A stretch of 38,528 nt of DNA, taken from assembly GCA_030646565.1 (NCBI GenBank), contig JAUSLA010000046.1, forward strand, positions 1-38,528, read 5' to 3'. The stretch is from a bacterium (GTDB lineage Bacteria > Patescibacteriota > Minisyncoccia > Minisyncoccales > RBG-13-42-11). The notes under the pieces were generated by a model. It was not told where the DNA came from. It ran no database searches and was given only the letters and a program-made list of their open reading frames with translations. Shown one piece after another: positions 27,343-36,527 of this stretch (positions are counted from its first letter, which is position 1; each line of letters opens with the position of its first letter). The position numbers and the translations under genes were made by a program.

Positions 27343-28366
27343 TTTGGGGGAAGAAAATTTTTAATAACAAAACTTATGACAAAAAAAATATTTATCGTAA
27401 TCGTAATACTTGCTGTGGTTGTTATCGGTGCAATAATTTTTACGAACCGTAATAATATCAAATCGCCACTACCACCTCTGACTGACGAACTAACTGTGCC
27501 AGAATATGTGAGTGTATTTCTCGCCTCATCAGTCGAAAATAATGAGAGACTGCCCGTTTTGATTTTATCTGCTGTTGCAGGTGGTGGTTGCGATTCTGCC
27601 TCGGATTTAGAAACAAGAAAGTCATTAAATGGTGATGCCTTGGTTGTTGATATAAAGGGATATAAGTTCACCAAAGGCACCGGCGAAGTTTGCCCTGCAG
27701 TTATTTTGGAATCAAGAGCTAAGGTTAGCGTAGATCCCGGTTGGTTGAAGCAAAGTGAAGATAAAGAAATCATATTTAAATTAGGTGGACAAGATAATAG
27801 ATATAAAATTTCATATAGCAAATACCAAGTAACTTTGAGCGGGATTCAGGCGACCAACGTTATCACTAATCGACCAGGATACAATCCCCCTGAAACGCCG
27901 ATAACTTTGGAGATGACATTGTACCCCACAGATGTTGCTGTTATGTATCTTGCGGGTTCTGTTTCGTCCGCAAAAGATTACAGACCAGCAATGCGAGATT
28001 TTGCCCGAGCAAAAGAATTTATACCAGCCGAGGAAGTTTATTCCGGGCTTGAGCAAAACGAGAAAAGCCAATTTTACGTAGTACTCAAGAATCACCCTAT
28101 GCCAGAACCAAATCGCAGTGAATCGCTTGGTGAATTGCCCGGCGAGGGTGTCGGCGTTTATCTTAAACAAGTTGTTAGTGATGCAAAGCATTATTGATTT
28201 TTTAATTTTTAATTGCCGCCAAAGAAAAACTTGAAATTGTCATCGGCGCGGCTCCGCCGCGTTTTCTGAATTTCGCGGGGGGCTGGCCGTCGCCGCCGCA
28301 GGCGGCGAAATGCCGAAGGTACTGAGAAGCGAAGTACGTTCGAATTATCTTTAGAATACAGCACCA
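27226..28366. mobile_element. tRNA-Leu-integrated cassette 2 (single cargo gene)
   Basis: Bounded by GCACCA at 27220-27225 and 28361-28366; left and right ends homologous to cassette 1. Confidence 0.7.
27376..28197 (+). CDS. Hypothetical secreted or membrane-anchored protein
   Basis: MTKKIFIVIVILAVVVIGAII signal anchor, 273 aa, one Cys pair; no family recognised. Confidence 0.8.
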   Translation: MTKKIFIVIVILAVVVIGAIIFTNRNNIKSPLPPLTDELTVPEYVSVFLASSVENNERLPVLILSAVAGGGCDSASDLETRKSLNGDALVVDIKGYKFTKGTGEVCPAVILESRAKVSVDPGWLKQSEDKEIIFKLGGQDNRYKISYSKYQVTLSGIQATNVITNRPGYNPPETPITLEMTLYPTDVAVMYLAGSVSSAKDYRPAMRDFARAKEFIPAEEVYSGLEQNEKSQFYVVLKNHPMPEPNRSESLGELPGEGVGVYLKQVVSDAKHY

Positions 28367-28409
28367 AACTGAGCTTGGTTTCAGCCACGCTTAACGGAGC
28401 ACAAGATAT

Positions 28410-28688
28410 ATGGCAAAACCTTTCAAAATTATAAAAGAAGTACAAGGAGAAACAAAAAAAACAACAATCACTCTGATTCTGGGTGGCTTCGGACTTGTTG
28501 CGGCGTTGGCTTGGAACGACGCAATCCAGACATTTTTTAATATTTTCTTTCCGAAAACAAGCGGCTTGGTCGGAAAATTTATTTACGCTTTAATAATCAC
28601 CTTTATTATTGTTGTTCTTTCTTCTCAATTAAGAAAAATTTCTGAAACAGAAGAACAATCAAATAACCTTGATGAAAAATCCAACTAG
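28410..28688 (+). CDS. Small two-TM membrane protein (DUF5654-like)
   Basis: GFGLVAALAWNDAIQ...KFIYALIIT motif. Confidence 0.8.
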   Translation: MAKPFKIIKEVQGETKKTTITLILGGFGLVAALAWNDAIQTFFNIFFPKTSGLVGKFIYALIITFIIVVLSSQLRKISETEEQSNNLDEKSN

Positions 28689-28736
28689 CGCTATAATTAA
28701 AATAGAACATTTCAATAACAATAAGGAGGGAAAGAA

Positions 28737-29105
28737 ATGAGAAGAGCTAATGCTCAACTCCGCATTTTTGACGCAAAAGAAAAACTTTTGGAAATTGCGG
28801 CAATAGTAGGCCTTTTAGAAGGAGTATTTATCGGTTTGATTTTTGGCACATACTTTTATGCAAAATATAATGCGGCCGCAAGTTTGGATGGAGGAGCGCT
28901 TTTGGGCGCTGGCATCAGCTTTAGCTTAGCGATGATTTGGACAGCTGTTACTATTTCATGGACAATAAAAAACACCGATTTCGTCTCAAGGTTGAGAATA
29001 AGCGGGACAAGCGCGTTGATAAATTTTACAGCAGCTTGGATAGGATATTTTTTTAGTTCAGCAATAGGCGCCCTAGGAGCCGCTCTTCTCTCAAAGATGT
29101 TTTAG
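28737..29105 (+). CDS. Hypothetical membrane protein
   Basis: AAGGAGGG SD and three hydrophobic segments. Confidence 0.75.
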   Translation: MRRANAQLRIFDAKEKLLEIAAIVGLLEGVFIGLIFGTYFYAKYNAAASLDGGALLGAGISFSLAMIWTAVTISWTIKNTDFVSRLRISGTSALINFTAAWIGYFFSSAIGALGAALLSKMF

Positions 29106-29116
29106 TATATAAAAAT

Positions 29117-29492
29117 AGGCGATGAGGACTGCGTCCTCATCTTCACCTTCGGTAGGCGATGAGGACTCTGCCCTCGTCTTTGTTTTCGTCCACCAGAGGC
29201 GGACTTGATACTTGCTGGCTATTCGTTAAACGAATAGCCAGCTTTTTTATTATGAAATCAATTACCCGAGCCGATAGGCGAAGGGTGGAGAAGAACGAAA
29301 GTTCTTCGATTACCCGAGCCGCAGGCGATGGGTGGAGAAGAACACGAATGTGTTCTTCGACTCATCTTCATCTGCCAAGTCCTGCGTTGCAGGACGCAGG
29401 TGGATCCGAAGAGATAAACCTCTTCTTCCGCTTCAGCTAACGCTTCAGCAAAAGAAAATTTATCTTCTTTGACCATCCCGCTTCGCTCGGTA
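29117..29492. repeat. Cluster of at least 7 tandem or nested two-hairpin repeats around a terminator
   Basis: Copies at about 29118, 29155, 29264 and 29312, plus a multiply nested block at 29362-29492. Confidence 0.85.
29214..29248 (+). terminator. Intrinsic terminator
   Basis: GCTGGCTATTCGT-TAA-ACGAATAGCCAGC followed by TTTTTT. Confidence 0.8.
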
Positions 29493-29981
29493 TATAGCAA
29501 AAATTAGCCAGCCGGAAAAAACACCGACAACAGCTCCCATTAAAATGTCTGAAGGCCAATGGACTCCGGCAAAAACCCGAGAAATAGAAATTAAAAAGCT
29601 GGCAAATAAAAAGAAAACGCCGGCTTTTTTGTTGTAAAAATAAACAACGGCGGACAAGCCAAAGAAAAAAGCTGCGTGGCCGGACGGAAAAGAACCGGTT
29701 ATATCGTGAGATAAAAGCAGATTAACTTTATTTTCCACAAATGGCCTTTGTCTTTCCCAAAAAAATCTGATTAATTCTGTAATTCCAAAACGGGCCAAAA
29801 TCGCAGCTAATAGTGCCTGAAACGCCATTGGCCAGTATTTTTTTAGGTCTTTAACCAAGAATAAAAGCAAAAGCAAAAGCAAAACGTAGCCAAGATTCTC
29901 GGCGAAAAAAACTCCCGACTTATCAAGTGAAGCCCATTTTCCGGCAAATTGATTAATTTTTTGAAAAATTAAATAGTCCAT
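29460..29981 (-). CDS. PAP2-family phosphatase (undecaprenyl-diphosphatase BcrC-like)
   Basis: RQRP, SFPSGH and SRVFAGVHWPSD motifs. Confidence 0.92.
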   Translation of the reverse strand: MDYLIFQKINQFAGKWASLDKSGVFFAENLGYVLLLLLLLFLVKDLKKYWPMAFQALLAAILARFGITELIRFFWERQRPFVENKVNLLLSHDITGSFPSGHAAFFFGLSAVVYFYNKKAGVFFLFASFLISISRVFAGVHWPSDILMGAVVGVFSGWLIFAIYRAKRDGQRR

Positions 29982-29987
29982 ACAATT

Positions 29988-31178
29988 TTACCATTTGAAT
30001 TTTGGCGGCAAGCCCAAAAACATCAATCCCAGAGACAGGACACCCGCAATTAAAAAAGAAATGTTCAGCTGGGAGGTAAAAAGAAAAATTCCGGCTAAAA
30101 TCAGCATAAAAAAGAATCTCGCGATATTATTCAAAACTTCGCTATAAACAATAAATTCATCGGAATTTTCGCCTGCCAAAGAAACTTTTTTATAATAGAA
30201 GGTCTGAAATGGAACGCCGGCCGAAGTGCGGCACACCTGATAAAGGGTCGCAGCCAAAAAAGCGTCAAAAGGTGTCTTTACAAAATATCTTATAAGCCAA
30301 GCCATAAAGCTTAAAACGGAACCTATGTTCAAAAACCAGACGCGGTTAATAATGGTATCAGACATTCTGCCCATATACAAAGTGAATAAAGCCGTTGCTA
30401 TCAATCCAAAAGTGGTAATGCCTCCCATTGCGGCGTAACTGATTGCCAGAATGAACATAAAAAGAGGCCACAAATAAGCGTTAACCACGCTCTCGCAAGC
30501 GTCGGCAGAAATGGCTAAAGAAAATTTCCTGTTTTCTTTTTTGAAAATTCTTGCCCATGCCTTCCTGTAAGAATCGCTGTAAACAATATGGCTTTCTTTT
30601 GAAAGAAACATCGGTATGGAAGAGGCAAATAAGACCACTAAAACCGCGCTGAATAAAGCCGGGTATCCTCCGGCGCTCAAAATAACTCCGCCAAGAACAG
30701 GGCTGATAATTGTCGGCAAAATCAAAGCAACATTCATTTTACCGACTTCTCTGCCCTGATATTGCCCTCCGGAAAGGCGAGAAAAATCCACATGAAAAGC
30801 TGGCCAAAAAAGCGTCATTCCGATACCCTTAAGAAGCATGGCAAGAGGTACTAGTAAAAAAGATTTTTGGATTAAAGACAGAGCAATAAAATAACCAAAG
30901 AAGAAAAAATGACTGAAAAGCATGCTTTTTCTCGCTCCGATCCTTGTCATTAATTTCCCTCCGAATACCGCAAATAAACCGTAAATGCCGTGGATAACTC
31001 CAAAATACAAAATAGTCAGAGATAAAGATTTTCCAAAATAAAGATAAAGATAAACCGGCTCAAAAATCACAACCATTCCAATAGCTAAGGCTCTTATGGC
31101 AATGCTGGTGAAAAACTGGCTTGAAGATTGTTTCAAAAAACGGCGGAAAAAATTAGCCGGCGATGAATCAAAAAACAT
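29988..31178 (-). CDS. MFS transporter
   Basis: About 12 TM helices; GKLMTRIGARK and GRMSD motif-A-like loops. Confidence 0.85.
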   Translation of the reverse strand: MFFDSSPANFFRRFLKQSSSQFFTSIAIRALAIGMVVIFEPVYLYLYFGKSLSLTILYFGVIHGIYGLFAVFGGKLMTRIGARKSMLFSHFFFFGYFIALSLIQKSFLLVPLAMLLKGIGMTLFWPAFHVDFSRLSGGQYQGREVGKMNVALILPTIISPVLGGVILSAGGYPALFSAVLVVLFASSIPMFLSKESHIVYSDSYRKAWARIFKKENRKFSLAISADACESVVNAYLWPLFMFILAISYAAMGGITTFGLIATALFTLYMGRMSDTIINRVWFLNIGSVLSFMAWLIRYFVKTPFDAFLAATLYQVCRTSAGVPFQTFYYKKVSLAGENSDEFIVYSEVLNNIARFFFMLILAGIFLFTSQLNISFLIAGVLSLGLMFLGLPPKFKW

Positions 31179-31181
31179 TTG

Positions 31182-31778
31182 TTATTTTCTGATAATTTTT
31201 GGGTTTTTATTCGTTATGTCAACCACGGTTGAGGGTTTGGAAAAATTTAAACTGCCCCCATCAATAATTAAATCCGGCTGATATCTTTGGCCCTTAAATT
31301 GGTTTACTACTTCTTGAATTTTTGTTGAAGCCAACCCGCCGGAAATATTAGCCGAAGTTCCGGTAAACGGACGATTAAGTTGCTTAGCTAAGCTAAGCAA
31401 TAACCCGTATTTTGGAATGCGGAGGGCAATTGTTCTTTTATCAACCCCATATATATTTTTTTTCATCTTTTTTCTCTCCAAAACCGCCGTTACTTTTCCC
31501 GGCCAGACCGATTCTAAAAATTTTTCCTGTTTTTTATCTATCTTGGCTATTTTTTTTGCCATTTTAATATCTTTTACAAAAATGGGGAGCGGCTTTTTCT
31601 TGTCTCTTTTTTTAATTCTAAAAAGTTTTGCAACCGCTTTTTTGTTTGTAGCATCGCAAATTAATCCATAAACCGTATCGGTCGGGAAAACAATGATCTT
31701 TCCCGCCTTGATAAATTCTGCCGCTATTTTAATTATTTCCTTGAGATTATTCTTTTTTACTTTTAGGATTTCCAGCAT
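31182..31778 (-). CDS. tsaC: L-threonylcarbamoyladenylate synthase (TsaC/Sua5)
   Basis: PTDTVYGL, KKRD..KPL, WPG, ALRIP, TSANISG and PSTVVD motifs. Confidence 0.95.
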   Translation of the reverse strand: MLEILKVKKNNLKEIIKIAAEFIKAGKIIVFPTDTVYGLICDATNKKAVAKLFRIKKRDKKKPLPIFVKDIKMAKKIAKIDKKQEKFLESVWPGKVTAVLERKKMKKNIYGVDKRTIALRIPKYGLLLSLAKQLNRPFTGTSANISGGLASTKIQEVVNQFKGQRYQPDLIIDGGSLNFSKPSTVVDITNKNPKIIRK

Positions 31779-31796
31779 TTATCATACATTAATCAA

Positions 31797-32192
31797 CTAT
31801 AAATATTTTATCAAGAGGACTATTTCTCGTATAAAATATGCCATCCACCCAGCGAGAGCTAACCATCCGATCGCGACAAGTGTTGGATTAGAAAAACTAA
31901 AATAAATAATGAAAAGGACAAAAACGGATAAGGCAAATATTCTTAAAATATTTAATAATTTTTTATCAAAAGCCACTGAAAGAAAGGTAAAAACACTAAA
32001 AAATAATAAGATTAAAATGATAACGTCAAGGAATTCAAACTTTGGCGATGAGAATAAAAGAAATATCAAAAATATTAATAAATCAAAAATACTAAGAAAA
32101 ATAGACAGAACTTTAAAACCTCTCTTTTTTTCTTCACTGGTAAGATTATTGGGTCTAGCGACTAAAATGTGTTTAAATTCTTTCCATTTCAT
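31797..32192 (-). CDS. Hypothetical membrane protein
   Basis: 131 aa, four hydrophobic segments, very AT-rich. Confidence 0.65.
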   Translation of the reverse strand: MKWKEFKHILVARPNNLTSEEKKRGFKVLSIFLSIFDLLIFLIFLLFSSPKFEFLDVIILILLFFSVFTFLSVAFDKKLLNILRIFALSVFVLFIIYFSFSNPTLVAIGWLALAGWMAYFIREIVLLIKYL

Positions 32193-32288
32193 ATTTTTAT
32201 CATATCAAAAAATTTTCTAATTAGCGATCATTGAATATTAAGGACAGCGCTTACCAGCCAAAAGAACTCTTGTATTGTTGGGGGAAAT

Positions 32289-32329
32289 AAAAAGAGAGGC
32301 AATCCTAGAAACTAGGAACTGCCTCTTTT
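32289..32329. terminator. Hairpin terminator after the glmU-like gene
   Basis: AAAAGAGAGGCA-ATCCTAG-AAA-CTAGGAAC-TGCCTCTTTT. Confidence 0.6.
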
Positions 32330-32343
32330 GTCAAGGTGAAAAA

Positions 32344-33549
32344 TTATTTTTGCACATTACTTGATTTAGCGAAAAAAGTAGTTTTGTCTTTAACGTTTTG
32401 AGCAACAATGGTGCCGGGTCCCACAACACAATCCGAACCGATTAAAATACCCGGCATCGTGCTGACGCTAATCCCAACGCTTGTATCATTACCTACAGCT
32501 ATCCCGAAATAATCTAACCCCGTATCAATCTTTTTTCCTTTTACAATAGATTTTATATTCCCCCTGTCAATTCTCCGATTGGCCGTAATGAATCCTGCTC
32601 CAAAGCGGCAATTCTTACCTATGATGGAATCACCAACATAACCTGAATGAAAATGAGTTCCTTCCTGAACAATTGAATTTTTTATTTCAAAAAAAGCGCC
32701 TGTTTTTACATTATTCTCTAAATTCACAGGACCTCTTAAAACATTGTTATCTCCTATCTGGCAATTTTCTCCAATATAGACCTTGCCCTTGATGATAACG
32801 TTTTCTCCAAGAATGGCCGAGGGCGCAATATAATTTTGAAAACTTTCCGTTTCCAGCATTGTTTTGGAAATTAATAAAATATCCCAAGGATATTTTAAAG
32901 AAGGAATGTCTTTTCGCCAAAAAATAAATTCTGCTTTTTTTTCCTTCAAATATATATTAAGAGCATCTATAAAATCGGCTTCGTGATGTTTTGGCAAGTT
33001 TTGATAATAGTTAAAAAAATCTGGCTCTAAAAAATAGATTCCCTTTGTTTTGATCTTAGAAGGTTCTTTCCCGGGATCAGGATTCTCCACTATTTCTACA
33101 ACTCGCCCTTCTTCCAGCTTGAAAATACCGTAATCCCAAGGGGTGGTGGTTTCTGCCCCAACCAAAACCATCTGGGGATGCGTCGCCTGATATTTTGTTA
33201 AAATTTCCTCAGCAATGTCTTTAATTGAAATTTCTGAGGCCCAAACTATAAAAAACGGCTCTTTAATAAAATCTTTTGCCTGAAAAATAGCATTGCCTGT
33301 TCCAAGGGGCTTTTCTTGAATAAAAAAAGTTAGGTTAACATTTAAATCCCGGCTGGCTGTTTCCAAATCTTCTTTGAGAGAAAAATTAGAGTTTGTTACT
33401 ATCGCTATGTCCTTAACGCCGTTTTCTTTTAAGCCCTTGATTGTCCAGTAAATCAAGGGCTTTCCTAATATTTTAATTTGGGATTTATGTTTTTGATTTA
33501 ACGGCCAGAAACGGGAAGATTCGCCGGCTGCCAAAATTACTGCCTGCAT
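32344..33549 (-). CDS. Bifunctional sugar-1-phosphate nucleotidyltransferase/acetyltransferase (archaeal-type GlmU-like)
   Basis: VILAAGESSRFWP, QEKPLGTG, hexapeptide repeats and YVGDSIIG..FGAG..TAN. Confidence 0.85.
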   Translation of the reverse strand: MQAVILAAGESSRFWPLNQKHKSQIKILGKPLIYWTIKGLKENGVKDIAIVTNSNFSLKEDLETASRDLNVNLTFFIQEKPLGTGNAIFQAKDFIKEPFFIVWASEISIKDIAEEILTKYQATHPQMVLVGAETTTPWDYGIFKLEEGRVVEIVENPDPGKEPSKIKTKGIYFLEPDFFNYYQNLPKHHEADFIDALNIYLKEKKAEFIFWRKDIPSLKYPWDILLISKTMLETESFQNYIAPSAILGENVIIKGKVYIGENCQIGDNNVLRGPVNLENNVKTGAFFEIKNSIVQEGTHFHSGYVGDSIIGKNCRFGAGFITANRRIDRGNIKSIVKGKKIDTGLDYFGIAVGNDTSVGISVSTMPGILIGSDCVVGPGTIVAQNVKDKTTFFAKSSNVQK

Positions 33550-34529
33550 AAGTTTAATATAATTTTTGCTAATTTTTTGGAATCATGGACCACAAGACCA
33601 GATTGTGGCAAAAGATCAGCTCCTATAAATTTTTTGTCTTTTTTTAAGTTTTCGTCAAAATCTACCAAATCTAAAAGTTCGGGATACTCTTTTTGGTGTT
33701 TTTTAATGGCCGAGGTCTCCGGTTTTTTCGTATTATAAACAACGAAATCCAATTTCTTGCCTAATAAATTTTCTATCGCATCAGTAAAATCTATGACTGA
33801 AAAACCGTTCGTTTCTCCGTCTTTCGTCATTAAATTGCAAATATAAACAGTTTTCGTTTTGCTTTTTTTGACTGCCTCGCTTACGCCCTTGGTCAGCAAA
33901 ATCTGAGCTAAAGTCGAATATAAATCCCCTGGCCCTATGACTATTAAATCTGATTTTAAGATAGCGTTTACGGCTTTAGGGTAAGCATTTGGCTCCGGTT
34001 TTAAAAAAACTTTTTTAATTTTCAATTTTTTATCATGCCGGGGCTTGTCAATGTTTTTTTCTCCGGAAACTATCTGCCCGCCCTCTAATACCGCGCAGAC
34101 ATCTGCGTCCTCAAGAGTTGCCGGTAAAATTTCATACTGCGGAGGAATTTTTAAAACTTCCCTATATACTTTTAACACGCTTTCGTAGTCTCCTTTATAA
34201 TTTCCATCTTGCGTTACCATAGCCGTACCCAAAACATTTGCTATAACCAGACCTAAATACTGACCGTCTTTAAAGCGGATATTAAAAGCATCTTTTACTT
34301 CCTGACTACTTCCAGATAAAGCTAAAAAAGCCCGGCGGATATCGCCGAAAGAAACATTGGTCTTATACATTTCTCTTTCTTTGCCCGCCGAACCCCCGCT
34401 GTCCAACATCGCGCAAATAACCGATAATTTGACAGGATATTTTTTAAGGCCTTTCAGAACAGCTTTTGGCATGGCGCTTCCGCCGCCCAAACAGACGATT
34501 TTCGACATTTTTTGAAGCAATTTTGACAT
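33537..34529 (-). CDS. yvcK: YvcK/GlmR (UPF0052, CofD-like) protein
   Basis: GGGS, DSGGSAG, GDIRR, GPGDLYST, CNLMTKDGET and HDSKKLA; alternative start at 34508. Confidence 0.9.
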   Translation of the reverse strand: MSKLLQKMSKIVCLGGGSAMPKAVLKGLKKYPVKLSVICAMLDSGGSAGKEREMYKTNVSFGDIRRAFLALSGSSQEVKDAFNIRFKDGQYLGLVIANVLGTAMVTQDGNYKGDYESVLKVYREVLKIPPQYEILPATLEDADVCAVLEGGQIVSGEKNIDKPRHDKKLKIKKVFLKPEPNAYPKAVNAILKSDLIVIGPGDLYSTLAQILLTKGVSEAVKKSKTKTVYICNLMTKDGETNGFSVIDFTDAIENLLGKKLDFVVYNTKKPETSAIKKHQKEYPELLDLVDFDENLKKDKKFIGADLLPQSGLVVHDSKKLAKIILNLCRQ

Positions 34530-34572
34530 ACCTTGTTTTCTATCGTAAACTAAAAATAACTTAAAATCAACT

Positions 34573-34687
34573 ATCAAGTTCCGCAAAGCGGAACGCAGAT
34601 GAAGATGAGGACGCAGTCCTCATCGCCTACCGCTATCAAGTTCCGCAAAGCGTGACGAAGGTGGAAAAGAAAAACATTTCTTTGACT
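34573..34687 (+). repeat. Tandem pair of two-hairpin repeats abutting the murA start
   Basis: ATCAAGTTCCGCAAAGCG twice; GATGAGGAC-GCA-GTCCTCATC; ends CTTTGACT-ATG. Confidence 0.85.
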
Positions 34688-35947
34688 ATGCCAGATAAAT
34701 TTTTAATAAAAGGGGGTGTTCCTCTCGTGGGGGAAGTAGAAATTTCGGGATACAAAAATTCAGCCGGCGCCTGTTTGGCGGCTACTTTGCTATCTGAAAA
34801 TCCTTCGGTTATTGATAATTTGCCGCTCTGTTCGGATGTTTTAGATCAAATTGAAATTTTGAAAGAAATGGGCGCCAGTATTGAATGGCAAGGAGAAAAA
34901 AGGGTTAAAATAAGCCCTAAAAACATTGACCCAGAAAAAATTCCCGTTAATCTTTTTGAAAAAATACGTGTTTCTATCCTGCTGGTAGGGCCTTTATTGG
35001 CAAGATTTAGAAAGCTTAAAATCCCCCATCCCGGCGGAGATAAAATTGGCTTAAGGCCGATTAACACCCTTCTTGAGGCCCTAAAAGAATTTGGCGTTAA
35101 AGTTGAAGAGAAAAAAGGTTTTTATTGTTTGGAAACGCCGGAAAATCTTGTCGGCAAAAGAATTGTTTTAAAAGAATTTTCTGTAAGCGCAACTGAAATT
35201 ATTATGATGCTGGCCGCCCTTGCCGAAGGCGAAACAAAAATTGAATTGGCGGCCGCCGAACCGCAAGTTCAGGATTTGGGTAATTTATTGATAAAAATGG
35301 GGCTAAAAGTGGAAGGAATAGGCGCCCATACTATTTTAATTAATGGGCAAGGGAAATTAAACGGGGCAGAATTTGCAATTTCCCCAGACCTTTTGGAAGT
35401 CGGCACGTTTTTAATCGGCTTTGCCGTTACTGGCGGCCAAGGAAAAATAAAAAACGTTAATCCCGAGCATCTAATAATGTTTTTGGGGAAAATGAAAGAA
35501 ATCGGAGTAGATTTTGAATTATCCGAAAAAGAAATTTTAGTTAGGCCTTGTTCAGAGTTTCGGCCGACAAAAATCCAGGTCCTGCCTTTTCCCGGGTTTC
35601 CAACCGATCTCCAGCCTCAAACCTCAATTTTAGCGACCCAAGCCAAAGGAAGATCTTTAATCCACGATCCCTTATACGAAAACCGCTTTCAGCACTTGCA
35701 CGAATTAAGAAAAATGGGGGCGGATATTGAAATTACCGACCCTCACCGAGCTTTAATTTTCGGCAAAACAGAACTGCAAGGAGCAAAAGTGGACGGGTCA
35801 GACATTAGGGCGGGAGCGGCTTTAATTTTAGCCGGCCTTCTGGCTAAAGGAGAAACTGTTGTCAGCAACGCCCACCTGATTGACAGGGGATACGAAAGAT
35901 TGGAAGAAAAATTGAAAACGCTCGGCGCAAAAATAGAAAGAATTTAG
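34688..35947 (+). CDS. murA: UDP-N-acetylglucosamine 1-carboxyvinyltransferase (Cys-to-Asp type)
   Basis: SGYKNS, PGGDKIGLRP, FPGFPTDLQ, YENRF, DIRAG and IDRGYE motifs. Confidence 0.96.
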   Translation: MPDKFLIKGGVPLVGEVEISGYKNSAGACLAATLLSENPSVIDNLPLCSDVLDQIEILKEMGASIEWQGEKRVKISPKNIDPEKIPVNLFEKIRVSILLVGPLLARFRKLKIPHPGGDKIGLRPINTLLEALKEFGVKVEEKKGFYCLETPENLVGKRIVLKEFSVSATEIIMMLAALAEGETKIELAAAEPQVQDLGNLLIKMGLKVEGIGAHTILINGQGKLNGAEFAISPDLLEVGTFLIGFAVTGGQGKIKNVNPEHLIMFLGKMKEIGVDFELSEKEILVRPCSEFRPTKIQVLPFPGFPTDLQPQTSILATQAKGRSLIHDPLYENRFQHLHELRKMGADIEITDPHRALIFGKTELQGAKVDGSDIRAGAALILAGLLAKGETVVSNAHLIDRGYERLEEKLKTLGAKIERI

Positions 35948-36525
35948 CTTTTAGCCAAGTTCAGGGCTTTGAGATTCAATTCCAGATATTTTTCTGGGAT
36001 TATTTTTTTGATGGCAAAAATTAGCGCGTCTTCTTCTAACGGAAGAATTTTTTTGAAAACAGATACGCCTAAAAGATAAATTCCAGCAACCACATCCGTA
36101 GCAACCGCCTTCCGGCAAATTTCGCTTGCTGGAATTAAATTAACATCTTTACTTATTTTTCTCAAAGAAGTGAGAATTTCTTCGGCAGTCAAAGCTTTTG
36201 CAAGGGGAATCGGTATAATGTGTTGATTCAACAAAAATTTTGTTTTTGTGCTTGCAAAATATCCTGCCCGAAGCGCTTCCTGCGATTCCAAGGCAATTAC
36301 TAAATCTGCTCTTTGGGCAGAAACCAGCGGTGAAAAGATTTTTTCGCCAAACCTGATATGAACCTCTACGGACCCTCCCCTTTGGGCTAACCCGTGAAGC
36401 TCGGAAGTCCTTACTTCATAGCCATTTAACAAAGCGGCCTCGGCAACAATTTGCAGCATAGTTAAAAGCCCTTGGCCTCCAACCCCAACAATAACTATAT
36501 TAAACTCCTTAATTTTGTTCGTCAT
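35944..36525 (-). CDS. iorB: Indolepyruvate:ferredoxin oxidoreductase beta subunit
   Basis: GVGGQG, SELHGLAQRGGSV..H.R motifs; downstream of iorA. Confidence 0.9.
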   Translation of the reverse strand: MTNKIKEFNIVIVGVGGQGLLTMLQIVAEAALLNGYEVRTSELHGLAQRGGSVEVHIRFGEKIFSPLVSAQRADLVIALESQEALRAGYFASTKTKFLLNQHIIPIPLAKALTAEEILTSLRKISKDVNLIPASEICRKAVATDVVAGIYLLGVSVFKKILPLEEDALIFAIKKIIPEKYLELNLKALNLAKS

Positions 36526-36527
36526 AT

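Noticed and set aside
25256-28366. Prophage or classical integron
   Set aside because: No phage genes, no IntI tyrosine recombinase and no recognisable attC sites; only serine-recombinase remnants.
29117-29492. CRISPR array or protein-coding ORFs (29159..29440 + and 29258..29500 -)
   Set aside because: Units are degenerate, nested and lack unique spacers of regular length, and there are no cas genes. The ORFs are translations of the repeat cluster.
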